This document shows positions 52,229 to 64,000 of a DNA stretch of 64,000 nucleotides, one piece after another. The position numbers were made by a program, and so were the translations under genes. Source of the DNA: Botryllus schlosseri (Eukaryota); the NCBI GenBank assembly GCA_051294905.1, contig CM119378.1, positions 6,448,001-6,512,000 of the forward strand, read 5' to 3'. Under the pieces are notes generated by a model. That model worked only from the letters and a program-made list of their open reading frames with translations. It made no database searches and was not told the origin of the DNA. Numbering within the stretch: the stretch's first letter is position 1; each line of letters begins with the position of its first letter.

Positions 52229-53148
52229 GTACATCAGATCGCTGTGCCCGACTCTATTCTAGACGTAGTATAATTTACATACTTCAAATCAGTCAGGATC
52301 ACGTCACGATATTTAATGATAAACCCGCATATCAACGAAACTACTATATGTGATTAACACCACAGTTTCTGACGTGTACAACAGACAGCCAGCGCCATCT
52401 CAATGCATCACAGCCTACATATAACATGTAACTGGGGTCTGACCTCGCAGGACGTGCACCATGTTACAATTTATTCCGAGCTCAGCTTAACACGTATAAT
52501 ATGTATAGATAATGAGATCGAAAGCGTGCAGGATTTGATGTGCGCAGCTTGTTGCTGTTATGCTGATGCTTTAACGGTGTTTGACATCTATGGTCATTGG
52601 TCATTGGCCATCTTGGTGCCTAACTCAGGTATATCGACTTATGATACGGACTATAGGCTTAGGCGAGGCACTGCCCATGAAAGTTAGGTGACGATGAGCA
52701 GCTCAGATAAACTCCAATACTTGAACTCGTGCTCACAACTCATTGTTGCGACAGGTGATGAGAAAAGTCTTGCAATGAGATTGCGACATATTTGATGGAT
52801 CGGCCAGCCTATATACTTTACATGTATTGTAGTAAATAGTAGATGCACTATATTTGTAGTAGATGTACGTGACCATGAGTTCAAGTTATCCATAATCGAC
52901 GAATTCGTATGTCGTCCCGCCCGATATTTAAGCATACGACCCAACCATAATCAATGGTCAATGGTCAGTGGTCATGCTCAAGTGTCGCATGACTAAGTTT
53001 CCGAGTCCATGGACCGTAGACTATATCGACATATGAAAACGAATTCTTGCCTGTGGTTCATATGACGCAATTATACCCTTGACAATAACAAGTTTCATCA
53101 TCGTAGCAGTACTTTCTTTTTTCAGGTCAATTTGCTACAGCTTTAGAC

Positions 53149-53888
53149 ATGTATCATCTATTCCTCACTGTTTCGACCATCGTGATATCAGTTGGTTTTG
53201 CCGTACAATCCACATCGGGTGGACCTGATTTTCGCACTACCACAACCAATCAGTCGGACTATATCCTAACATCAATTCCACACAACCCATTAGAAGAGCC
53301 ATCGACAAGAAAGGCTTGTTCATCTGAAAGCAGTGTCGATATGAAATTTCGCAATGAGTCGGAGAAGGACGCTTGCTGTCGCGAAATCGTGGATTCCTTC
53401 AGTTCCATTTGGACTGGGATAGTGTATCGTATAACTGATTACCTTCGCATTTTGAAAATGCTGCGATGCCCGCAATTTCACCGGGAATGCGAACATCGTA
53501 CTTACGACTTCACCGAGTTTACCGGACTAACTTATGATCGATTCTGTGATGCGCAAAGTTACGATCAAAAGTGCGGTGCCGCCATCAACGAAACAATGCA
53601 AAAGCACGTCACTCGATTCAGTTCGGAGCCCGAAATAATCTCTCAAGCCGTCCGGAACAACACATCAGTTTCCAGGTTGAATTCATTGCGAAATCTAACC
53701 CTCGACATGGAGGACTTGTTGAAGCCGTGCGTCCAAGCTGGCTTAATCGATACTGAGCGCTGTGTCGAAGGTACATTTTATGAAATGAAAGAATTTCAAG
53801 CCCCGTTTTGCGGTTTGATATGGTGTGGATTCCCTGGGTACGCGTTCGAGAGTCATGAAATCTCCGAATGGACGTGCATGCCAAAAAC
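53149..53888 (+). CDS. GPCR gene 5, exon 1: signal peptide + cysteine-rich ectodomain
   Basis: ATG 53149 (MYHLFLTVSTIVISVGFAVQS); family Cys pattern; several N-glycosylation sequons; donor AC|GTGAGT at 53889, phase 2; intron 1884 bp. Confidence 0.92.
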
Positions 53889-53953
53889 GTGAGTTTGGGC
53901 ACATTTCAGAAAACTTCTTGACATATGTCTCTGAGCGTGTCGGGCACCATATT

Positions 53954-54865
53954 CAGGGGTCTCGCACTCAAATGTGATGGCGGGCCAATTTTCTAGAGTT
54001 TGATGGCGGCGCGGGTCCGAGCACCGAAACTAGGGGTATTCAATGTATTATGAATTTCCAAGTGGGCCTATTTTAAAGGGACCTTGCCGACTGGCCGTGC
54101 ACACCCAGCGTGAAAATGTGATTTCTATTCTGAATTCACGCCTAGCACGAATAAAATCAGACTTTTAAATATTTGAATAAAGTGTTTGTTGCACTTGGCG
54201 TAATTTGTCGAAATAGTTATTTTTATTTATAGACACGATGCTAGAGTACAAATGCATCAAGACACGCTGTCGCGTTATAATTTTTCAGCTAACGGCCATA
54301 TTACGTGCCACAATTATGAGTGGAATATTTTAGAATTTCACAAAGATTTATCCGATATCAGAGCATTGGAGCAGTACAGCCTAATGCGGGCTTCTAAGAT
54401 ACTCCTGATCCTGTCATGCCAGGGTGTAACTAACTATTTATACATCGAGGAGCATTCTTACTTTTCATTCAGTGTGCATGCCTCCTTTTTACTTCGCCTA
54501 TAGGCCAGGTGGGTGTCTGATGTCGAAGACTACTCCAAGTCGTTTCAACACCTTCCTATCTTGTATCGCAGTCTTGTGGTATATTGAAATGGTGAAATTG
54601 TTACCGATAATTGAATTGAATTGAATTGAATATAATTGAAAAAACACCTAATATGACGTAATAGCCGATCTTCCACCGAAAGTGATGTGATGGTGGATTT
54701 TGATGAGTAGTTTCAGGTTTTTTGGGTAATTTTAGAGCGAATTTCAAGTTCTCAAATCTCAAAATAAAGATACGTGGCATTTAAATATGTCGAATAATTC
54801 AAAATACAAAATGACGACGCGGGCCGCACAAATTAATCTCTCGGCCCGCGTGTTTGAGACCCCTG
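53954..54865. mobile_element. hAT-type element in gene 5 intron
   Basis: Ends CAGGGGTCTCGCAC / GTTTGAGACCCCTG (12/14) with GCGGGCCG motifs; no TSD recognisable. Confidence 0.55.
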
Positions 54866-55772
54866 TATAATACAGAGATGATGACATATCATACATAACC
54901 AATGGAATTCATCTATAAGTGGTGTAAAAATTGGACATGAAAAAAGGATATCAAAGTGGTTTAGCAAATATTGCTCTCTTAAATTTCTCTCACATTTTTA
55001 ATACCTCCGATGCGATTACGATTCCCATATACTCTAACTCTGATAAGCACTCATATTCTCTACAATGATATTATCTTTATATGGGGATATATCGCTAACT
55101 TCTTCCACGCGTGCTTACGTAGTAAAATAAAATAGGTAAATTATATATATATATATACACACAGGACAGCGGTTCTTAACCTTTAACATGCGTAGGCGAA
55201 ATAACGCGCTTACTTTTCGAAGACCACTCACTTAATTTACAAATATTCTGTTGAGCAGTTGGAAGCTATAGCTGAGAGGTTGATTTTCGAATATTTCCCG
55301 ATATACATATGAAACGTGATGACCTTGCAAGTTCATTTGCAAATTAACGTAACTTCGTTGATATTTCTTCAATGATCGCTTTTCACATTCGTATATCTCA
55401 AACCAAAAGTCTTGGGGTCCTGATGTTCCTTTGATTGCATTTTGGCGAACTTTCATTTTCTTACATGTGATGCTCTTGAGAATATAAGTAAGACCTCGGA
55501 GAATAATAGGCTAAAAAGCTGCAAGTGAAGTAAAGTTGTTTAAGATCTTGGGTTAACCTCTAATTAAGGATAAGGTGATATCCCGCCTAAATGATATATG
55601 TGACGCGGGGCGTGATTTCGGTTTTCATTCTAAATTTAAGGGGTGTGAAGGAATATATGGTTAGTTAATGCGGTGACAAAGAGAAAGTTAATAATCACTG
55701 ATCTAGGAGAAAACCATAGTAAGATTACCAGAACTTGCTTGTAATAGTTTTAACGCAATGCTATATTTTCAG

Positions 55773-56859
55773 ATGCCGCATAAACGTGTATATTCTGATG
55801 GTGGTTTGCGGAATTCTCGCCTTGGTGAGCGTCGCGGTGAATTTCCTGTCGCTAGTGATATTCAGCAAAAACCAGAGACTCCGAGACAGTCAAGGGATCT
55901 TCAAATTTTCGCTGGCTCTCGCCGACTTACTGATCGGACTGATTGTGCTTCCGTTAGGGATAGAGACGATGCGCCGCACTTACATGCCGGCGACTGTTCT
56001 CTTTCGGCCAGAGGAGCACGGGAGCTTTTATTTGAAGTTTTACACCTTCTCAAATCCGTACCATAATTTCGCTGGATTTTTCACGACGCTTACCAATTTG
56101 GTGGCGATTTTCACGTTGGTGATCGCAAGTTTAGACCGATTTATGGTTGTCTTCCGTCCGTTGCGTTACAATGTGTACACGGCGAAGTCGTGGGCTGTCA
56201 AACTTTCGATAGGCGTGTGGCTAGCATGCGTGTTATTGTCAATCATTCCGATAATTCATCCGAATATGAGATACGCGTTGATCGCCGGATTTTTAGAATC
56301 GCCTATGGGCGGTGACGAGGTCATTATATTAGCCATATATTTCGTTATCCCGCTCATATTGGTGGTTTTAATCCACGTCGCTACGATAGTGTACTCGCGA
56401 CGAAATGCCAGAGCCAGGCCAAAAGCTATATCGAATAGAAACAAAACAAAAGAAATTAACATCGAAAATCGTTTAGCTAAAACTCTCGGCATCATGGTGG
56501 GAGCTTTTTTGTTGTGTTTGCTGCCGCTTGGAGTCATGATAATAGCGCACGCATTTATGCCCGACATCAATCCCGCTCGGCCTAACCTACTAAGCCCTGA
56601 AAAATTGGTGATGATGTCATCTTTGGAGCATATATTTTGCGTTGTTTTTTTGTCTAACAGCATATGGAATTTTGTCATCTACAACGCGCGCAGTGCAGAA
56701 TTTCGGGCAGCTGCAAAGCGATATTATAACGGACTCGAGACTAAACTATTCTCTAAACTGAAATATTCTACTGCAGAGGAACGCAGAAGGAAACCATCTG
56801 CTGCGCTTTCGTCGTCTCAGGTTCCGTGCAACACTGCGTCGACGGCGTTAAACATTTGA
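55773..56859 (+). CDS. GPCR gene 5, exon 2: class A 7TM domain
   Basis: Acceptor ATTTTCAG|A at 55772/55773 (T|CRINVYI). SLALADL, ASLDRF, ENRLAKTL...FLLCLLP, NSIWNFVIY. Spliced CDS 1827 nt = 608 aa + stop. Confidence 0.95.
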
Positions 56860-57232
56860 ATATTGGCTATCCTATATAGTTTGTAATGCATTTACCTGTT
56901 CTTACTCTGTGCTGTTTGTATTTGCCGAATTCGTAGTTTTGTGACAGGAGATAATTACAATGTACAATTTGCTCCTATAAAACATCGACATCGAATAGGC
57001 ATGTATGTTCTTCTCGGCAGCGCACTTTTCAGTGTCATTGTTTTTAGTTGTTACCCAAACTTGATTTCAAGGTATATGTCGTGGCGTCGAAACACCCTTT
57101 CGAGTGTTGATGTGGTTTTGCACAAGGTCATTCACGAATCTTACGATATATGGCTGTTTCTGTGGTTATATTTTCTATACCATTTTTGTAATTTTCCAAT
57201 TCATTTGACACCTTATTGATATTTGTAAGTCG

Positions 57233-57238
57233 AATAAA
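57233..57238 (+). terminator. Candidate polyadenylation signal for gene 5
   Basis: AATAAA ~375 nt after the stop, followed by T-rich sequence; the hexamer is common by chance in AT-rich DNA. Confidence 0.3.
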
Positions 57239-57519
57239 CTTTGTTTACGAAATTTTGAAAAATGACGACCATCACCTACACTTCAGATATTTGTCGGGTA
57301 TGAAATAACGTCTGAACTTATGTCGAGGCACCTGCAGTCGGATAAATATAGTACACGCGTGGGATGCTAGGCCACAAACAGGCTTAGTATGTCTGCAGAG
57401 GGTTGGTTTTGAGAAAACATGACGCATTGGGTCGTAACAAGCCATTGGGTCTGCTCTAGACGACAGACTGCCTTCCTTCCTTCCATACTTCTTACGTTAT
57501 TTCTGTGGCATGGTGGAGA

Positions 57520-57968
57520 TGGGGATGCATTGAAAACAAAAATCGATTTAAAACAAGCATGTTTAAAACAAGGGCCTTGTTTAAAACACGTTTTTTATTG
57601 TTATTATCTTTTTTTTGGTTTTTAGGCTATGACATCACCAATATTCACTTGTGGCGTCATAGTGGATTTACATTGACAATTGAAAATATAGGGTAAATAT
57701 AGCTCCTTTGACGAAATATCTACGTGCTATAGTTGTTGAACCGACTATTTTGAGGGTTCCAACCATCCCACATGGTATGCATCGGCTATATCGGGTGATA
57801 ATCACCCGTAGGATCATACAACATGTTTTGGAGAGTATTTACACAATTATGGCGTAGTTATACAACTTAAAAAACACAATTTTTTTAAAGGCCTTTGTTT
57901 AAAACACTGTTCAAAACATGTTTTAGACAAAGCGTTTTAAACAACCATTGGTTTTAAATGCAGCCCTA
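57520..57968. mobile_element. 449-bp hAT MITE (family of 33045..33459)
   Basis: Exact 8-bp TSD GGTGGAGA; degenerate TIR TGGGGATGCATTGAAAA / TTTTAAATGCAGCCCTA; long internal match to the 33045 copy. Confidence 0.88.
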
Positions 57969-58169
57969 GGTGGAGATGCAACTGCAGCAATCTTCCTGTG
58001 TTATTCCTTCGATAACTTTGGTAATTTATATATGCCCCTGTTACTTAGACGTTCGCGCTTACGTTCATGATGTTTTCGACTGCAGTGGTCATTTACACCA
58101 GATCGATATTCTTTATTATTATTTTTCCGCATCTGACACATAGCGTCAACGGTTAAACGTTCCCTACAC

Positions 58170-59349
58170 CAGGGCTGTGGGGTCGGAGTCGGAGTTTTGC
58201 TTATTTACCCTGAATGGAGTTGGAGTCGGAGTCGTGAAAATAATAGTGGCTGGAGTCGAGGTCGGAGTTTGTGAAAATGCTCCTGACTCCGACTTCGACT
58301 CCAACTTCTTTAATATGTAAACAACTTTTTTCCAATGTCTCCTAAAATTACTAATAATAATAAAATAGGATTTGTATTTACCACCAACAATCACTGTTAT
58401 TGGTAACGATATTGCTAGAATTGGACATTATATGCAATTGCAATTCGGTTGCATAAAGGCAGAAAATTGCAATTAAATCGCGACCAACACAAAATTACTG
58501 TTGCAGTCGGAAATTGGTGCAATTTTTCGAATAATACTATGATACTGTTAAAGGGTAAATACGTCGTCTGGTGTTCTACCTGACATCACTTGTTAAATCG
58601 ATGCAAATATAACCGAACGCTGCTTCCTACTTGACAAAATCAAACGTATTTCTTTTAAATAGCTCAGCCGCCTGGTCCGAACAAATGTTTAAGAAAAAGT
58701 GCAAGTATATAGTCCTAGTCCATGAATACTTGACTAAGTGCATGTAGTTGTAGACATATGTAATTTGACTACTCCTTAAATTTCGTTTCTGACCACCTTT
58801 TATGAGTATACTAATACTAAACTATGGTCGGACGTGTGTGCTTCTCATCAGTATAATGTAGTGAGAAAATCTGTGCGTCTCTAGTTGCTGATTCATACAC
58901 AAGAGCTACACTTTTATTGTTTTATACACACTTTAATGATACAGGGTGGGATATATATCGTGTTTGAATGATTCATGCATAGTTAGAGTATCTGTGCCTT
59001 TTCTATGCCATAAAAACCTAAATCATATCAAAAAGGCAGGAAGTTTCGAAGTTGCTACTGCCATGTTAATTGCACTGTGGATATTACGAGCTGAATGAGC
59101 ACAATGCAACAATTTTGCATGTCATCTTGAATAATATATTTTCATCCATTTAATGGTTATATGAGAATCATTTAACCGTCAATGTTGCATATAATTTTTT
59201 CGCAGCAAATTTGTAGCAATTTTGGAGACGGAGTCAGAGCTCAGTGAGGAACATATTCGGAGTCGGAGCTAGAGTCGGTGTCGGTACGTTCAAAAAGTTG
59301 GGAGTCAGAGTTGGAGTCGGTGGTCAAATTTACCTATTCCACAGCCTTG
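58170..59349. mobile_element. 1180-bp hAT element with GGAGTC subterminal arrays
   Basis: TIR CA(G/A)GGCTGTGG (10/11); flanks CCCTACAC / CCCTACAT; GGAGTC/GACTCC repeats at both ends. Confidence 0.82.
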
Positions 59350-59896
59350 CCCTACATACGCCGTCGTCCAAATATAATAACTCTACTATTTGCTGGGGGA
59401 CTGAATTCGTTATATCCAACAACAATTACCATTCTCGTATATGGTATTTTAATGTAATATGAACATCGTCGATTAAAGTGTCGAAACAAACCAAAATTTA
59501 TTATTATCAATATCCTTTCTCCGGGTATCTCTACTTTTGAATAATAATAATCCACTCGGGAGTTCATAGCATTCTGGAACACAGTGCTGGCCTATTTTCG
59601 CGCGCGTGATGTACCGTTATAGAGAAGAGTTTAAAATGAAAATGCATTTAAAACACAGGTATTTAACACATTTTTAGCGATAACCAGTGAATAATTACAT
59701 AAATATTATAGTTTTGGTTGCATGTCATATAATGCTTTAAAGTTATACTTTACCCTAGTGTTCAAACAATATGGCATCCACGCTCGGCAGATTAAGCTTC
59801 CGTGAGAAGCAATTACTTGACTTTCACGCATTATCATCAACATGCAAAACATAGTACAAAGTATATTCAGAATGTGTCATAATGATAATATTAGAC

Positions 59897-60374
59897 CAGT
59901 GGTTCCCAACCTGTGGTACACGTACAACTAGTGAGTGGTACACGAAGGTCTTCCAGAGGGTACTCGAGTAGATTCTCTTTTTTCGACCGAAGGGAATTGT
60001 TAGTTCAGGCGGGGTTGATATTGAGTTTTTAGAAGACGGTCGTCGTGGTAAGGTCGTCGTCGTGGGTAGGGGCAATCCCACAAATGACGGCCTAAGGCAG
60101 GAGGAGATTTAGTCGTAAAGCATTGGGATTCTTATCGAACCAAATTCCGTTTTAATATATTTGACCACAAGAATTCCAGATGAATGCACTACAGAAATCA
60201 TATACTACGAGTTAGAATGGGCAGTTTATTTTCTGTTTCGCTGCATTTGGCAGCTCAACACGGTGGAAACATTTTTGAACGCCTTCGGCGCGCGTATCGT
60301 ATGTATACGTGGTACGCGAGCACTGCATAAAACCTCGAAGTCATACGTGGGTGAAAAAAGGTTGGGAACCACTG
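59897..60374. mobile_element. 478-bp Charlie/Buster-like MITE
   Basis: Perfect 16-bp TIR CAGTGGTTCCCAACCT; flanks TATTAGAC / TCTTAGAC. Confidence 0.88.
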
Positions 60375-60954
60375 TCTTAGACCGACGGTGCATCAGAGAT
60401 GCGCTGAGATAAATTCGATGCTCTTGTATCGGTTTGTTTCATTAGTGTGAGTAATACGGGCGAAATTATCGAATGCTACTAAAGTCGCATATTATCACCA
60501 TGGAAGATATTCGGTAAGCAGTAGCATTAGTAGAGATCATGTATTTAACCAGCTGCTCAAATGTCATAAATTTCATCTTCGATTTGCCACTTGCAAAAAT
60601 GGCTTTCGTATTGCTGCCTATAATGCTAGCGCGCGCAGCTCCTTCATCGATAAGCCATGGGTTACATTCCCGAACGCCAAACCAAAAACTTGATCGTACA
60701 ATTGGTGCCGCTCAAAGTCACGGGATAGCGCGGAGAGTGAAAACGGACGTTTCGTGGTATTTTTATCGTTTCATAGCCCCGATGGTGCAGACAACCATAA
60801 ACTGCAATTAGTGGAAGGTTGTCACCGTACGCGGAATCCCGATGTCTCATCGTCTCAGATTACAGTTTACGTCGGGGGGAAATTGCAGAGATTGGAAAAT
60901 GGAGATTTTAGCATTTGGCAATTGATTTGGAAGCTGGGTAACATCAACGTACTG

Positions 60955-62017
60955 TTAATCGTAGGGTTCAACTTGATTTCGTTCAGCCGAAAGCGTTCTG
61001 GTGCTCCCAATCCAATACGACGACGTTTTAAGTCCATCGCTTAATGTTTTTCCCGCAACTCTACTTCGCAGGCCGTCGCCAATCTTCTTTCTCATGTCGC
61101 AGAACAGAGAGTACACGGAGCTTCGGAACTCCAAACTGCGGACATTGTATATGATAAAGTTCCAGAAACTGTTTGACATAAGTATAAACATGCCGATAGC
61201 TTCCAGCGTGCTGGCCGTTGCGTAGGCTCCCGATTCGTGTTTGTCAAAGTGTCTCCATTGCGTGGTATACGCTACAACCATGATAGCCAAGAGAGATAGC
61301 AAACAGAATGTAAAAGCGCCGACCATAATTGACAAAGTGCGCATTAAGCGTTTTTCACTCTCGCCGTCTACTTTGCCGCCGTCTGATGATGTTTTTTGGG
61401 CGTTACAACGATAATAGCAGTAAGTTCCGATATTCAATGCCCACATAAGTAAAAGCGGCGCTCCAATTACAGCACAGTATATGATTATCGCGAGCTCATC
61501 TATAAATGTGACTATGACTCCGTTAACACCGTAATACAGCGAGTCTACAATGAACGGCAGCGCTGAGTAAATGGAACATCCACCCCATAATATGAAAACA
61601 GACAACTTTGACAATCGAAACGCTTTATGCTTCTCGTAGTCGAAGGGGCGATAAACAACCATGAATCGATCGACACTTGCGATTAGTAGGCTGTACACCG
61701 AAACTGTAAGCGATAAATTTGTGAAGAATCCTATCGCTCCAACAACCTCTTGCGGTAATTTCGGATTAATCAGTATCCTATTCCCTGTGACTTTGTAGTA
61801 ATCGTAAAAATTATGCGCGACTATTACGACCATTCCCGGTAGTGCAATTAAGCCTGCGACCAGATCCGCGACTGCTAGAGATATCTTGAACACCCATTGG
61901 CTGTTGGCGGTCCGCTTCAGTCTGTAAAGGATTACTAGTACCAGGGTGTTTCCAAGCGTTACTCCGACGCTCAGCGCAGTCAGAAAGGACAGATAAATCA
62001 GTAGTGCGTCTCGGCAT
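60955..62017 (-). CDS. GPCR gene 6, exon 2: class A 7TM domain
   Basis: Acceptor TTTCTTTAACAG|A at 62018/62017 (R|CRDALLIY), open in frame to the listed ORF at 61893. SLAVADL, ASVDRF, EKRLMRTL...FTFCLLS, NSFWNFIIY. Confidence 0.93.
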
Positions 62018-62210
62018 CTGTTAAAGAAATGTTATCAGTAGGATGGATGTATAACCCTATATCTTAATACAGTGATTCGTAAGTATTCTGACATCAAAGC
62101 AGTCCTTATAGTGGATGCACAGATGAATTAGAGAATCGAATCAGGAGATTGGTCACTTAGGAGTCTTAGTAGGTCGTATTTTGAAGAGCTTCTTGGAGGT
62201 ACGGATCATA

Positions 62211-62564
62211 CAATTGAGTAGTATATTCAAAATTGAAATGAACCCGAATATTTTCCGCTGACACTCGTCAATGGGAATCGTCAGCAACTAGTGGAGAATT
62301 GGAAAGAACATGGCATATCAACAATTGTATCACAAAATATGACGTCACCAGCATGCAATTTCGAATGAGAAAGCGTTCAATGTGCTATTTTTAGATGGTA
62401 CAATAAAATGCACCAGCCAAGGCTGTGTCAACAAATAGAGTTCGTGTACCATCTAAAAATAATACATTGAACGCTCTCTTATACGACATTTCATGCTGAT
62501 GATGTCATATTTTGTGATACGATTGTTGATATGTTCATTTCAATATGGATATACTATTCAATTG
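62211..62564. mobile_element. Deleted copy of the TA-flanked MITE at 6190..6703, in gene 6 intron
   Basis: TA|CAATTG...CAATTG|TA; left arm and internal AAATAATACATTGAACGCTCTC shared with the 6190 copy. Confidence 0.8.
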
Positions 62565-62618
62565 TAGATCGTATTTTGTGATTTGCGGGAAGTAGGTTGG
62601 TAGCCAGTAATGCTAGTA

Positions 62619-63018
62619 CAGGGGCTCTTAAACTGGGGTCCGCATCCTAGTTTTACGGGATCCGTGGCAGCGCAATGTTGAAATACAACATCAAGAGACT
62701 ATAAAAAAGATTACGCTACTTTTGCGACCGACGCCGTGCATGGGATTGTGGCTGCCTTGCTTGGTTGTTTGTTTGTTTGGTTGGTTGGTTGTTTACTTAG
62801 CAGCTAATATGGGGCATGGAATAGCCTAAATTTAGTTGCACTTGATGTGAAGTCTTTTTTTCACCAGGTAGCTTTTTAAATCTCAAGTAGCCTAAATCGA
62901 GATTGTGGCGGAAGGGGAGACCTTTATTAGCCATCGGCTTCTGAAATTTTGGGGGTATACGCGCAGCCGCCCACAAAACTTGAAGGAGTCCATGATCAAA
63001 AAAGTTTAAGATCCCCTG
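62619..63018. mobile_element. 400-bp hAT-type MITE in gene 6 intron
   Basis: TIR CAGGGG(C/A)TCTTAAACT (15/16); TSD not recognisable; contains a GTTT/GGTT run at ~62761-62796. Confidence 0.65.
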
Positions 63019-63515
63019 GGCTAAGCTATCACCGCCTCATTATTTTTACACTTACACTCTGTTTCTATTAACCATGCCGCATGAGTTAATTACAATGGTC
63101 GAATTCGTAATTGCAAATGTGATGTGGTGTTGTGAACCTGAATCACAGTGATAAATTTGAGTTATGAAAATAGCGCGATCGCTTGTACGTCATGACATAG
63201 AGCGATAAAATCGACTTGTATTCTAATTCGAGCAAACTTTTTAACGTTGCTTTCATTTTCGCTTCACGACACACATACATACATTCTCTACCGGTTGCTG
63301 ACGATAAGGCTACCCCTGACGATGGCCAGCCGAAAATATCCCGGTTTATTTCAATAAGAATATATAATATTCAATTACATGTGTATGTGCGCGAGTGCAT
63401 TAGACACAGACCTTATACAGCTTGGTCTTTCTGTCATTTGTCAAATATAGTCCATAAAACAATAACTTAATTTGAAACAGTCGCTATCGCATCCAATAAG
63501 ATCCATCTTGCTTAC

Positions 63516-64000
63516 CTCGAAGGAATCAGTGTGGAACGAGACACGTCAAACTTGGTAAAAGCAGTTGTGGGAAAGGCAGTCCACACGATACCGCAAAATG
63601 GAAGGCCTGTTATCCTCACTTCTCGATAAGAGAACGACATACTTTTGTACCTAGCTACTTCCAGTAATGCTTGAATACATGGCTCCAGCAAGACGCCAAG
63701 TCCGTTCTTGGAATCGTAAAATGATCGCACAGTGATATTGCCAACGTCTGCGGCATAGTCTGAATATGTAACTCTGTCAGTAGGAATCCTGTAGCCCTGG
63801 AGGGCGTTCTTGCACTCGGTCTGGAAAACTGTGAAATTACACAGTCGCCAGTATACCAGTTGCGTATATCTCGTAACGGCGAAGATTTGATCCTTGCATT
63901 CTTCTTGGATGTCAGGACAGTTCATGTCTTTCAGTCTAGTCAAGTACAGTTGCAGCTTCGTCGATTTTACTCTCCAGCGTTGATGAAAATCCTTTTTCAG
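63516..64000 (-). CDS. GPCR gene 6, exon 1 (5'-truncated by window edge): cysteine-rich ectodomain
   Basis: Frame open from 64000 (LKKDFHQRWRVKSTKLQLYLTRLKDMNCPDIQEEC...); family motifs PC..Q and PFC; donor AG|GTAAGC at 63515, phase 2; intron 1498 bp. Confidence 0.9.

Overview
AT-rich eukaryotic (metazoan) genomic DNA, not prokaryotic. An invertebrate chordate such as an ascidian is my guess, but the sequence alone cannot prove it. The window holds six paralogous two-exon genes in strictly alternating orientation (+,-,+,-,+,-); the sixth runs off the right edge. In each gene, exon 1 encodes a signal peptide (seen in genes 1-5) plus a ~220-245 aa cysteine-rich ectodomain I cannot assign to any family I know. 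One phase-2 GT-AG intron at an identical position joins it to exon 2, which encodes a class A (rhodopsin-like) 7TM GPCR with unusual microswitch motifs. Spliced products are 698, 630, 565, 656, 608 and >515 aa. The ORF track shows each gene as two unrelated ORFs because the splice donor creates an in-frame stop in five of six genes. Roughly a third of the window (my sum of delimited elements is ~21 kb) is non-autonomous DNA transposons, mostly hAT-type with 8-bp target-site duplications (TSDs), often nested, plus two TA-flanked Tc1/mariner-like MITEs. None interrupts a coding exon. I found no tRNA/rRNA, CRISPR array or intact transposase. All alignments and GPCR residue numbering were done by eye.
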